NCBI GenBank assembly: GCA_965223545.1
Contig: OZ245006.1
Span: 3,200,001 to 3,264,000, forward strand
Direction: 5' to 3'
Origin: Planctomycetota bacterium
GTDB taxonomy: Bacteria > Planctomycetota > UBA1135 > UBA2386
DNA: 64,000 nucleotides
Below the pieces are notes generated by a model. It did not search any database. It had not been told where the DNA came from and saw only the letters and a list, made by a program, of their open reading frames with translations. Of this stretch, positions 29,132 through 38,701 are shown one piece after another. Position 1 is the first letter of the stretch. Each line of letters starts with the position of its first letter. A program made the translations under genes and the position numbers.

Positions 29132-30309
29132 CGAGGCGCCTCCACCAACAGACTGACGTTGTTGCCGCCGAAGGCGAACGAGTTGCTGAGCACGCGCGCC
29201 AACCGGCCGCGGGTCACCGTCGTGGGGATCTCGAGTCCGATTTGCTCGTCCTGCGGCTCGAGCCCGAGCGCGGGCGGCATGAAGCCCTCCTCGATGGCCA
29301 GCGCCGCGAAACCGAACTCCAACGCCGCCGCCGCGCCCAAGGTATGGCCGGTGTAGGCCTTGGTCGACACCACTGGCGGCGGGTCACCGAAGACCTCGAC
29401 GATCGCCTTGGCTTCGGCGACGTCGTTGAGTCGCGTACCGGTGCCGTGCGCGTTGATGTGGTCGATGTCCGCCGCCGCACACCCCGCGCCCGCCAACGCC
29501 TGCGCCATCGCCGCGCGCGCGCCGCGGCCGTCGGGGTGCGGCGCGCTCACGTGATAGGCATCCGACGTCTCGCCGACCCCGGTCACCAACACCCGCGGCT
29601 CGCCGCGGCGCTCGACCAACGCCAACGCCCCGCCTTCGCCGATGCTGATCCCCGCACGCTCCGCGCTGAACGGCCGGCACGGCTGGCGATCGAGCGCCTG
29701 CAGCGACTGAAAGCCGTGCAGCGTCAACGCGCACAGCGTGTCCAAGCCACCGACGATGGCGGCGTCGATCAGATCGGCAGCCATCAGCCTGGCCGCCGTG
29801 GCGAACGGCTTGCCGCTGGAGGTACACGCGGTCGACGCCATCCACGCCGGGCCGCGCGCGCCGGTGAGCTCGGCGACGACGTGCAGCACGGCACCGAACG
29901 TGTGCTGCCGGCGGAAGTCGTAGGCATCGGGAAACCGACCGCACTCGACGAACTCGCGATAGGCGTGCTCGGTGGTCTCTGCGCCCGCGGTACTGGTGCC
30001 GAGCAAGACCGCGATGCGCTCCGGCCGCCACCGTTCGCGAGCCCGCGCCAGCGGCTCCTCGAGCTGGCCGATCAGCTGCATCGCCATGCGCGCGATGCGC
30101 GTCGACCACGGGCGCAGCGGCGGCGGCAGCTCGGGCAAACCGGCGTCCACCGCGCCGACCGCGGTCTCGAACGACAGCGCAAACGGCGGCGCCAGCAGAC
30201 CGCTCCGCCCCGTGGCCAGGGCCTCGACGTGCTCGGCGCGCGTCGCCCCCAACGCGCTGAGCAAGCCGTAGCCCGTGACCGGGAGCGGGAAGTGACGGTC
30301 TGGCGACAT
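29128..30309 (-). CDS. Beta-ketoacyl-ACP synthase (APE-type KS)
   Basis: GTSTAG, STACTSSGK, HGTGT, TKAYTGHTLGAA, SNSFAFGGNN. Confidence 0.94.
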   Translation of the reverse strand: MSPDRHFPLPVTGYGLLSALGATRAEHVEALATGRSGLLAPPFALSFETAVGAVDAGLPELPPPLRPWSTRIARMAMQLIGQLEEPLARARERWRPERIAVLLGTSTAGAETTEHAYREFVECGRFPDAYDFRRQHTFGAVLHVVAELTGARGPAWMASTACTSSGKPFATAARLMAADLIDAAIVGGLDTLCALTLHGFQSLQALDRQPCRPFSAERAGISIGEGGALALVERRGEPRVLVTGVGETSDAYHVSAPHPDGRGARAAMAQALAGAGCAAADIDHINAHGTGTRLNDVAEAKAIVEVFGDPPPVVSTKAYTGHTLGAAAALEFGFAALAIEEGFMPPALGLEPQDEQIGLEIPTTVTRGRLARVLSNSFAFGGNNVSLLVEAPR

Positions 30310-30384
30310 CGGACCTGGTCTGCGCGTGCGTGGCTGCCGAACGATGGTGCGGCGGGGGCCGGAGAATACCGCCGCAGCACCGCG

Positions 30385-32898
30385 TCAGCGACCCGAAGAA
30401 CGGCCGGCAACCGGCAGCACGCCCGGGCGCAGCACGTTGAGTCCTTCGATCTGCAAGGCGATCTCGTGGCGTGCCACCTCGACACCCACGCGAAACAGGA
30501 TCAGCGAGCGGGCGGTCTCCGGCAGCACCAGCACGTCCGAGCGGCCGCCCTCGATCGGTCGGGTCTTGGCGCGCGGCAAGCGGAACGGATTGCGCTCGCC
30601 ATGGATCCGAGGGTACAGCCACAGCGCGGTGCCGGCCTCGTTGCAGACCCCGAACGCGTCCGCGGTCGCCGGATCCTCGAGCTCGACCTGTGCCAACACA
30701 CGGCGCACCATGGTGATCTCGACCGTCGACTGGGTCTCCGCCGTGAGCGGAGCGTAGGCGACCAGCGTCTCCGGCGACGTCGCGTGCAGCGTGACCCCTT
30801 CCGTGGCCAGCCCGGCGAACGCGAACCGACCGCCGGCGTCGGTGCGCGCCCGACGGCCGTTGAGGTTGATCGACAGCGGCTTGGGAGACGAGGGGTCCTC
30901 GGTCGGAATCTGCATCGACAGGACCGGGACGGTCGCGATCACGGTCGCTCCCTCGACCGGCGCGCCATCCGGCGTGCGCGCGATCCCGCGCAGCCGCGCG
31001 TGGACTCGATCGGTATCGACCACCAGCATCGCGTCCTCGGTGCCGGCGCGCAGCACGGCTTCGGTGCAGACCAGCGATCGCTTGACCATGCAGCGGACGA
31101 CGTAGTCGCGGTCGGCGAGGCCGCCCAGGGCGAACTGGCCGCGATCGTCGCACTTGACCCGGACGCACGGGTCGGTGCGCCGCCCGAGCACGAGCGGTTC
31201 GGCGAACCACGGTCGGTGGTCGTCGCCGATCGGCGTCGGATCGGCGATCCACACCTCCGCGCCGGCCACCGGGTTGCCGCCGTGGTCGATGACGCGGCCG
31301 GCGATGCGCAGCGCGGCGTTCTCCAAGCGCAGCGTGAGCGGCGCACCCGGCGAACCGGAGAGCCCGGTACGCGGGATCGACCGGGGACGGCGACCCGGCG
31401 CCGCGACGCAAAGCGCGTCGATGTGGTCCAGCCGATCGACGGACAACTCGAATCCGCCATCAGCGTCGACGCCGACCATGCGCGGCCCGAAGCCGACCAC
31501 CGCGTCTGCGATCGCCGCACCGGCGGCGTCCACCACTCGGCCGCGAAGCACGACGTCCGCCGACGGCAGTCCGGTCAGCTCGATTCCGATCACCGCACTC
31601 GCGTCCTGCGGCAGCGGCACACGCCGCCCGGTGTAGCCGTCCGCCGCGACGACCAGGTGCGCGGAATCCACCCGATAGGCGGCCTGCAAGGTGAAGTGCC
31701 CCGCGGCATCCGTCACCACCCACGGATGCACGGGGTAAGGGCGGTGGAAGGCGCGCGGCACGGCGCGCCAAGAGCGCTCGGCATGGACCAGGCGGACGGC
31801 CGCACCCGCGATGCCGCGCCCCGCCGGGTCGCGCACGACTCCGCTCAACGTCCGCCGCGGCGCCATCACCAGGGTGCGCGCTCGCGCCGGTCCGCGCCCC
31901 ACCAGCGCGGCGACGACCGGCACCCAGCCGGCTGCCGACGCGGTCAGCTGGCCCGCGCTGCCGCGCGGCACGCGCATCACGAACTCGCCGTGCGCGTCCG
32001 CCGGCGCGCGCACCTGCGGCCGCGCCTCGTCGGCGGCGAAGCGGGATTCGCTGCCCGGCACGGTGCGCACGACGCCCTCGCGATACGTCACCGTCGCCCC
32101 CGACACCGGCACTCCCCGCGCGTCGACGACGACACCACGGACCTCGACCGACGGCGCTGCGGCCGCGGTCGACAGCAGCGGCGACCGCGGCCTGCCAGGC
32201 GCCCGGACCGCGCTGCTGGGCGCGGTCGGCAGCGCGACCGTCGACGCGGGCGTCGCCGACGGGTCGCCGCTCTCCCGCGGCGCGAACGGCACCACCCAGA
32301 GCGCGACGACGACCGAGCCCGCGGCGGCGAGCATGCCACGGCGGCCCATCCGTCCACCGGCGCGCCACCACGCAATCGGTGCCCACCGCGACCGCCGCGC
32401 GCGCGGCTCGGCGCGCAGGCGCCCGCGCATCATGCGCAGTCCCCGGGCCAGATGAGAGTGGACGGTCCGCACCGGCCGCCGCTCGCGCCGCGCGATCTCG
32501 CGCGGCGTCAACCCCTCGACGTAGCGCGCCCAGAGCGCGCCGCGATACGGCTCCTCGAGCTCGAGCAAGACCTCGCCGACCCGCGCCAAGAACGCTTGGC
32601 GCGCCACCACATCCGCGGTCGGTTCGGAGTGGTCGGGAACCGCCGCGACCTTCTCGCGCTCGACCCGCCGGCGCTCGCCGCGCAATCGCAACCGCAAGCT
32701 GTTGCGGGTGATCCCGACCAACCACGCGCGCAGCGAGCCGCCGTGCGGCGGCGGTCCGCGCAGCGCCGCCAACCAAACGTCCTGCTCGAGATCGTCGGCC
32801 AGGTCGGGGTCGGCCACCCACCGGCGAACGAGCCGACGCAGCCACGCGCGCTGGGCGACCAGATCGCCCTCTTGGTCTGGGAGTTTCACCGAGTCCAC
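30385..32898 (-). CDS. ECF sigma factor with TM helix and carboxypeptidase-regulatory-like repeats
   Basis: ADDLEQDVWLAAL..LRAWLVGITRN (region 2); LEEPYR..EGLTPREIA..RTVHSHLARG (region 4); repeated GxVVDxxGxPVxGAxV..DxxGxF. Confidence 0.85.
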   Translation of the reverse strand: MDSVKLPDQEGDLVAQRAWLRRLVRRWVADPDLADDLEQDVWLAALRGPPPHGGSLRAWLVGITRNSLRLRLRGERRRVEREKVAAVPDHSEPTADVVARQAFLARVGEVLLELEEPYRGALWARYVEGLTPREIARRERRPVRTVHSHLARGLRMMRGRLRAEPRARRSRWAPIAWWRAGGRMGRRGMLAAAGSVVVALWVVPFAPRESGDPSATPASTVALPTAPSSAVRAPGRPRSPLLSTAAAAPSVEVRGVVVDARGVPVSGATVTYREGVVRTVPGSESRFAADEARPQVRAPADAHGEFVMRVPRGSAGQLTASAAGWVPVVAALVGRGPARARTLVMAPRRTLSGVVRDPAGRGIAGAAVRLVHAERSWRAVPRAFHRPYPVHPWVVTDAAGHFTLQAAYRVDSAHLVVAADGYTGRRVPLPQDASAVIGIELTGLPSADVVLRGRVVDAAGAAIADAVVGFGPRMVGVDADGGFELSVDRLDHIDALCVAAPGRRPRSIPRTGLSGSPGAPLTLRLENAALRIAGRVIDHGGNPVAGAEVWIADPTPIGDDHRPWFAEPLVLGRRTDPCVRVKCDDRGQFALGGLADRDYVVRCMVKRSLVCTEAVLRAGTEDAMLVVDTDRVHARLRGIARTPDGAPVEGATVIATVPVLSMQIPTEDPSSPKPLSINLNGRRARTDAGGRFAFAGLATEGVTLHATSPETLVAYAPLTAETQSTVEITMVRRVLAQVELEDPATADAFGVCNEAGTALWLYPRIHGERNPFRLPRAKTRPIEGGRSDVLVLPETARSLILFRVGVEVARHEIALQIEGLNVLRPGVLPVAGRSSGR

Positions 32899-32985
32899 TC
32901 GAGTTGCCGCCGCATCGCGATCGACTGCAGCAAGTCTTCGAATTTCCTCGGTGCGCCGCAGATCCGGCGCGTGGCGGCCGGCTGG

Positions 32986-34521
32986 CTACGGCTGCACGGT
33001 GATCTTGATCGCGTTGGACAGCGAGAAGCCGTTGGAGGCCCCGGCGTCCAGGATGATGTACTGGGCGTAGAGGTCGATCGGGCCGCCGCCGCCCTTGACG
33101 TTGAACTGCAGCACGCCCTGCGGGTCGGTGGCGATCGGGATCTGTGCCACCGGCGGAACCGGGACGATGGTGCCGCCCTGGAACGGGAACGGGTTGGAGT
33201 TGAGGCCGACCCAGAGCGCTCCGGGCGCACTGGGCGCCGCCGAAGTGAGCCGCATCTCGGCGCTGTTGCCGGTGTTGAGCAGGCCGCACATGTCGAGGTT
33301 GGGGATCAACCCGTTGGCGCCCGCCTTGGCGTAGCCCAGGGAGACCGCGGGAGCAGGCGCCGCGGCGACGATCTTGAAGAGACGGCCGGCGCGCCCGGTG
33401 TAGTAGATCTCACCGCGTGCATCCTCGCCGAACGTGGTCAGGCGCAGCGCCGACGGCACGCTCAGCTCGGACGTGCGGTTTTGCCACGCAGTGGCCATGC
33501 CGCTCGCGAGCCGGAACGACATGATCGAGAAGGTCCCGCCGCAGTGATCGCCGTAGAAGTACGTGCCGCGCAGATCGGGAATCGCGCAGCCGCGATAGAC
33601 CGCGCCGCCAATCACGCTACAGAGGCTACCCGCGCCCAAGTAGTTGTACTCGAACACCGGCTGCACGAAGACGGAGCTGCAGTTGCCACAGAACATGGCT
33701 CCGTGGCAAAACGTGCCTTCGTACACCGGCCAACCGTAGTGGCGACCCGGCTTGCCCGGTTGCCAGACGTTGATCTCCTCGCGCGTGGTCCAGCCGACGT
33801 CGCCGATGTACAGGTCGCCCGTCGCGCTGTCGAACGACATGCGCCACGGGTTGCGCAACCCCATCAGGAAGATCTCGTCGCGCACACCCGGCGAACCGAC
33901 GAACGGGTTGGTGGGCGGCACTGCGTACGGCGAGCCACCGTCGACATCGATGCGGAGGATCTTGCCCAGGAACGAATTGCCGTTGGTGGCCACGCACAGC
34001 CCGAGCGACTCGCCGAAGGCGATGTAGAGGTAGCCGTCAGGTCCGAACTTGATGCAGCCGCCGTTGTGGTTCTGGTTGGGCTGCTGCTGGGTCAGGATCG
34101 TGAATCCGCTGGTCGGATCGGCGACGTCGGGATTGGTCGCCGACACCGAGTAGCGCTCGATGACGGTCCAGCCGTCCGGCTTGCGCGTGTAGTTGACGTA
34201 GAAGTAGCCGTTGTTGACGTAGTTGGGGTGGAAGGCCAAGCCCAGCAGGCCGCGCTCGACGAAGGCGAACTCGACCTTGTCGGTGCCGTTGGGGCCGATA
34301 TCGAGGAACGGAGTCGTCTGCAGGGTGCCATCCTTGACCAGGTGGATGGTCCCGGGCCGCCGCGTGACCCAGAGCCGACTCTCGTCTCCCGGTGCCGACG
34401 CGATGTCGGTGGCGTCGCCCAGGCCAGAGGCGATCTCGACCGAGGTCAGCGGCGTTTGCGCGACACACGGCGCGACGAGGAGCAGAAGCGCGGCGACGGA
34501 GAGACGATTGCGCGAGAACAT
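32986..34521 (-). CDS. PQQ-dependent sugar dehydrogenase (GSDH) family, secreted
   Basis: Signal peptide; ERGLLGLAFHP, NHNGG, FGPDGYLYI, GKILRID, GLRNPWR, DVG..REEIN, YGWP. Confidence 0.9.
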   Translation of the reverse strand: MFSRNRLSVAALLLLVAPCVAQTPLTSVEIASGLGDATDIASAPGDESRLWVTRRPGTIHLVKDGTLQTTPFLDIGPNGTDKVEFAFVERGLLGLAFHPNYVNNGYFYVNYTRKPDGWTVIERYSVSATNPDVADPTSGFTILTQQQPNQNHNGGCIKFGPDGYLYIAFGESLGLCVATNGNSFLGKILRIDVDGGSPYAVPPTNPFVGSPGVRDEIFLMGLRNPWRMSFDSATGDLYIGDVGWTTREEINVWQPGKPGRHYGWPVYEGTFCHGAMFCGNCSSVFVQPVFEYNYLGAGSLCSVIGGAVYRGCAIPDLRGTYFYGDHCGGTFSIMSFRLASGMATAWQNRTSELSVPSALRLTTFGEDARGEIYYTGRAGRLFKIVAAAPAPAVSLGYAKAGANGLIPNLDMCGLLNTGNSAEMRLTSAAPSAPGALWVGLNSNPFPFQGGTIVPVPPVAQIPIATDPQGVLQFNVKGGGGPIDLYAQYIILDAGASNGFSLSNAIKITVQP

Positions 34522-34651
34522 GGAGTGTCCTGGGTGGTGTGGGGGGGTGGAGGTGCTCGTGGACGGAGTCCTGCGCCGGGACCCGAACTCCCCGGCGCTG
34601 CAGGCATTGGCGGCGCAGAGGAAATCCGACGCTAATCCAGCGTCCGAGCGC

Positions 34652-35860
34652 TCACAACTCCCCCGCGGCGCCCTGCCCATGGCCGCGCGGCCGGCGGGCG
34701 GCCAGCAGCATGTCCTGAAACGCGTTGCCACGGCGCCAGACGTCGCCGGCCAGAACCGACATTACTCCTCGGCGCAAATCCTCCGCCGTGGAACGTTCGA
34801 GGAACATGAGCTCCGCGAACCGCGAGTTGTAGAAGCGGTCGATCAGGTTGGCGAAGGTGCGAAAGGCGCGGTCCATCCCGGCTTGCGTCGTTTCCAGCAA
34901 AGCGGGATCGGCCTCGCCTCCGGCGGCGAGCGCGGGCCCGACCGCGTCGGCCAACGCCTCGGCCCCGCGCAGCGCCAGCGTGACGCCGGACGAGAACACC
35001 GGATCGAGAAAGCACGCCGCGTCGCCGATGGCGCCATACCTGGCCCCGATCGGCTGCCGGTTCTGGTAGCTGAAGTTGCCGACCACGCGGGTCTCCAGCC
35101 GCTCGGCCCCCGCCGTCAGCCGGCGCACCAACGGCCCACTCAGCAGCCCGGCGTCGAGCTCCTCGCGCGTCAACTTGCCTTTCGACACCATGCCGACGCT
35201 CAATCTGCGCTGCGGCAGCGGAATCACCCACCCCCAGCCTTCCTCGCGAAGCATGATGCGGATGTCGAAGTGGGGCGCGAGCTCGTCGTGGGCGGCATCC
35301 GACAGACCCGCGTAGTGGGTGAACACCGCCGAGGTGCCGAACCGGGTGTAGGGCTGCATCGCCGCGCGACGGCGCGCCATCAGCCGCGACTGTCCCGAGG
35401 CGTCGACCAAGAAGCGCGCGACCAGCCCCGCCGTGCGCGTCGCCACGCGGACCGTGTCGCCGATGTCGATGTCGACCACCGTTTCCCCGTGGCGCACGTC
35501 CGCACCCGCGGCCAGCGCGCGGTCGCGCAGCACGGTGTCGAACACCGAGCGCTCGACGTGCCAGGCGTGGTCCGGACAACCCGGCAGCGCGGCGGCGAAC
35601 GGAAATTGCTGGGATCGCTGGCTCGCTTCGCAGACGAACTCCGCACCGCGCTTGTGGACGAACGCACTCGGCGGAGTCTCGACCCCGAGCCGATCGAGCA
35701 CCGGCAGGCCGGCGGGCAGCAGCGACTCGCCGATGTGGAAGCGCGGAAACTGCTCCTTCTCGAGGACGACGACGCGGTGTCCCTGCTCGGCCAGCAGCGC
35801 TGCCGCCGTCGAGCCGGCCGGCCCCGCGCCGATGACGACCACGTCACAGCGCTCGGTCAC
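34652..35860 (-). CDS. FAD-dependent oxidoreductase/halogenase-like protein
   Basis: GAGPAG, FPRFHIGESLLP, HKRGAEF, WGWVIP (WxWxIP), GDAACFLDPVFSSGV. Confidence 0.85.
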   Translation of the reverse strand: MTERCDVVVIGAGPAGSTAAALLAEQGHRVVVLEKEQFPRFHIGESLLPAGLPVLDRLGVETPPSAFVHKRGAEFVCEASQRSQQFPFAAALPGCPDHAWHVERSVFDTVLRDRALAAGADVRHGETVVDIDIGDTVRVATRTAGLVARFLVDASGQSRLMARRRAAMQPYTRFGTSAVFTHYAGLSDAAHDELAPHFDIRIMLREEGWGWVIPLPQRRLSVGMVSKGKLTREELDAGLLSGPLVRRLTAGAERLETRVVGNFSYQNRQPIGARYGAIGDAACFLDPVFSSGVTLALRGAEALADAVGPALAAGGEADPALLETTQAGMDRAFRTFANLIDRFYNSRFAELMFLERSTAEDLRRGVMSVLAGDVWRRGNAFQDMLLAARRPRGHGQGAAGEL

Positions 35861-36600
35861 CCGAAGCCCCCGTCGATGCCGATCACCTCGCCGGTGATGT
35901 AGGCGGCCTCGGCGGAGGCGAGGAACGCGACCAGCGCCGCCACTTCTTCCGGCTGGCCGACGCGCTGCATCGGGATCTGCTTGACGACGAAGTCCGGCAC
36001 ACCGGCGATCATCTCGGTCTCGATCAAGCCGGGCGCGACCGCATTCACCGTGATCCGGCGCTTGGCCAGCTCCAGCGCGAGGCTGCGGGTGGCGCCGATC
36101 ACGCCGGCCTTGGCGGCCGCGTAGTTGACCTGACCGCGATTGCCGCGCAGCGCCGAGATCGAGGACAGGTTGATGATGCGGCCCCACTTCTGCCGCACCA
36201 TCTGCATCACCAGCGGCCGGGTGACGTGGAAGAAGCCATCCAGCGACGTGCGCAGCACGGCGTGCCAGTCCTCGGCGGACATCATCGGGAACGCCGCGTC
36301 GCGGGTGACGCCGGCGTTGTGCACGATGACTCCGATGGGCCGCGGATCGGCCAGCAGGCCTTCGAGCGCGGCCGCGGTCGCCTCGGCGTCGGCCACGTCG
36401 AAGCCCGACGCCACGGCCTCACCCCCGCCCGCCTCGATCGCGGCCACGACTGCGGCTGCGGCGTCCGCATCGCTGCGGTAATTGACGATGACCGGGTGAC
36501 CGGCGTGCGCCAGGCGGCGCGCGATCGCCGCGCCGATACCGCGCCCCCCGCCGGTGATCAGCGCGCGCTGCGATCCCGGCGACTGTCGTTCAGCGGCCAA
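35857..36600 (-). CDS. fabG: 3-oxoacyl-ACP reductase
   Basis: TGGGRGIG, HNAGVTRD, GNRGQVNYAAAK, VAPGLIETEM. Confidence 0.92.
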   Translation of the reverse strand: MAAERQSPGSQRALITGGGRGIGAAIARRLAHAGHPVIVNYRSDADAAAAVVAAIEAGGGEAVASGFDVADAEATAAALEGLLADPRPIGVIVHNAGVTRDAAFPMMSAEDWHAVLRTSLDGFFHVTRPLVMQMVRQKWGRIINLSSISALRGNRGQVNYAAAKAGVIGATRSLALELAKRRITVNAVAPGLIETEMIAGVPDFVVKQIPMQRVGQPEEVAALVAFLASAEAAYITGEVIGIDGGFG

Positions 36601-37216
36601 TGTCGACCACGCGTCCGTCGTCGCCGAACCGGACGAAGAAGGTGGTGAACCGCGTGTTCCAGTACTTCCACTCGTCGGACTGCAGCGACATCGTGCCGAC
36701 CGCCGGCGGTGGGCCCATCGCGGCGAGCACCGCGGTGCGGTCCATGCCCGCGATGGCCCTGCCCTCCAGGATCGCGGCCTGCTCTTCGGCCGAGAACCGG
36801 CTCAGCTCGACGGGCTCGGTGGCGAACACCTTGGCGAACGCCGCCTGCATCGAGTCACTCGTGTGCCGCTCGATGTTCTCGATGGTGAGCTCGCGGTCGT
36901 GCTCGAGGATGCGCACGACCGCGCGGCGGCCACCCATCGACACCAGCTCGACTTCGGTGTTGATCGGCAGCAACAAACCGTTGGTCGTGCGGTAGTTGGT
37001 GGTGCGGTAGAGGTCGCGCTCGAAGCGGAGCGAGAACCGGGTGAAGTAGCGGGTGCCGACCGACGCGCCGGCCCCGGGCTCGCCCGCTTCCCGGGCGTGC
37101 GCGCCGGCCTGGCTGCACGCCACGCACCACAAGACGAGCGCGGCGAGAGCGATCGCCCACACCGAGCCCCGGGACGTTGCCGCACCCCGCAACGCCGAGC
37201 GACCGTCATCCAACAT
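36590..37216 (-). CDS. Hypothetical lipoprotein with SmpA/OmlA-like C-terminus
   Basis: LVLWCVAC lipobox-like; GMDRTAVLAAMGPP..EWKYW..VRFGDDGRV. Start uncertain. Confidence 0.6.
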   Translation of the reverse strand: MLDDGRSALRGAATSRGSVWAIALAALVLWCVACSQAGAHAREAGEPGAGASVGTRYFTRFSLRFERDLYRTTNYRTTNGLLLPINTEVELVSMGGRRAVVRILEHDRELTIENIERHTSDSMQAAFAKVFATEPVELSRFSAEEQAAILEGRAIAGMDRTAVLAAMGPPPAVGTMSLQSDEWKYWNTRFTTFFVRFGDDGRVVDIGR

Positions 37217-37334
37217 GGCGTCGACCGTAGCCGTGGCTCGACCGCGATCCAAGCAACGGAACCCGGGCAGAATCGGCGCGGGCTTTCTCGACCGATCGGG
37301 AACGGGGTGGGGCCACAGGCGTAGCGCTTGCCCG

Positions 37335-38663
37335 ATGCGCAACCTCCCTGCTCTCGCCATCGCCGCGCCGGTGCTCGCCATCGCCGCGGCGCACTCCACG
37401 CCAGCACTCGCCCAAGTGCGCCCCTACCACGCCATCGTGGCGACCGCGTTGCCGGGAGGCCCGGCGACGGCGCTGATCGAGCTCGACTTGGTCACCGGCC
37501 TGCAGACGCCGCTCGGCCGGTTCGCCGCCGACTCGGCTCGGCCGCGCGCGGTGGCGATCAGCGACGACGGCGCTCTGGTCGTGGTCGCCGTCGACGCCGC
37601 CGGCAACACCGACCTGGTCGAGTTGCAGCTGGCCGGCAGCCAGGTGATCGGCGAAACCCGGCTGGCCGTCGTGCCGGGTCGAGTCACCGACCTCATCCGC
37701 CTCGACAGCGGCGCGGTGATCGCCTCCACCGGGGGTCCGTCGGGCGCCCTGTTCCGGGTCGCCGCCGGCGGCGGAGCGGCGGTGTCGATCGCGTCGATGC
37801 CCCGCGCCACGGCCATGCAGCACGACGGGCTGCGCAGCTCTGCCCTCGTGCTGCAGTCCGGCGACGTCGGCCCGCCCGTGATCGAACCGAGCATGGTGCG
37901 CGTCGACCTGACCACCGGTCAGAGGATCGGCGGAGCCGTGGTCTTCGCGGGCTTTCGCCCGGTCGACCTGACCGGTGTCCACGCGATTCCGAGCGCCGTG
38001 GACCAGCAGCTGATCACGACCGCAGCCGGCACGGTCGGGCACACGATCTTCGGGGGCCCGCTGCAAGCCGTCGCCGCGCGCCCCGCCCTTCCGCCCGGGG
38101 CGACCACCGCGATCGCGGCGGGCGCGTTTGGCTGGGAGGCCATCGTGCTCGGCGACGCATCCCACCCCTTCGTGCAGCGCCTCGACCTGGACTTCGCCGG
38201 CGGCGGCCAGTGGGCCCCGCTCGCCGGGCCGATCGCGGGGGATCCCGTGGATCTGGCGATCGTACCGTTCGGTGCCGCGGCGGTGACCACGCAGGGCTCG
38301 TCCTGCGGCGGGCCGCGCGCGGGCGCCACGGGCGGCAGGCCATACCCCGGCAACGCCTCCTTTGCGATGACCCTGGCCGGCGCGCGCGCCGGCGCGGCCA
38401 CGCTGTTCGTGCTCGGCATCGACGATCAATCCATCGCCGGTGCGCCGCTGCCCCTCGCGCTGCCCGGCGGTTGCGCGCTGCGCGTCGCCCCGTTGCTGGC
38501 CATCCCGCACGTCACGTCGGCCACCGGCGACGCGGCGCAGGCGCTGCCGATCCCCAACCTCCTCGACTTGCGCGGGGGAGTCGTCTTCGGCCAGTGGCTG
38601 CAGGCGACGGCACCCGCGGGCTTCGCCACCAGTGACGCGATCGCCGCGCAGATCGGCGTCTGA
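37335..38663 (+). CDS. Secreted beta-propeller-like protein with shared C-terminal domain
   Basis: Signal peptide ending ALA-Q; C-terminus GSSCGG..CALRV..FGQW..TSDAI. Confidence 0.7.
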   Translation: MRNLPALAIAAPVLAIAAAHSTPALAQVRPYHAIVATALPGGPATALIELDLVTGLQTPLGRFAADSARPRAVAISDDGALVVVAVDAAGNTDLVELQLAGSQVIGETRLAVVPGRVTDLIRLDSGAVIASTGGPSGALFRVAAGGGAAVSIASMPRATAMQHDGLRSSALVLQSGDVGPPVIEPSMVRVDLTTGQRIGGAVVFAGFRPVDLTGVHAIPSAVDQQLITTAAGTVGHTIFGGPLQAVAARPALPPGATTAIAAGAFGWEAIVLGDASHPFVQRLDLDFAGGGQWAPLAGPIAGDPVDLAIVPFGAAAVTTQGSSCGGPRAGATGGRPYPGNASFAMTLAGARAGAATLFVLGIDDQSIAGAPLPLALPGGCALRVAPLLAIPHVTSATGDAAQALPIPNLLDLRGGVVFGQWLQATAPAGFATSDAIAAQIGV

Positions 38664-38701
38664 CCGGCGCTCCCATTCCAACCGCCTCCAGCAAGAACCC
38701 G

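Noticed and set aside
29242..34635. 1797-aa plus-strand ORF
   Set aside because: Antisense shadow of the KS, ECF and GSDH genes; Arg/Ala-rich with no motifs, typical of high-GC DNA.
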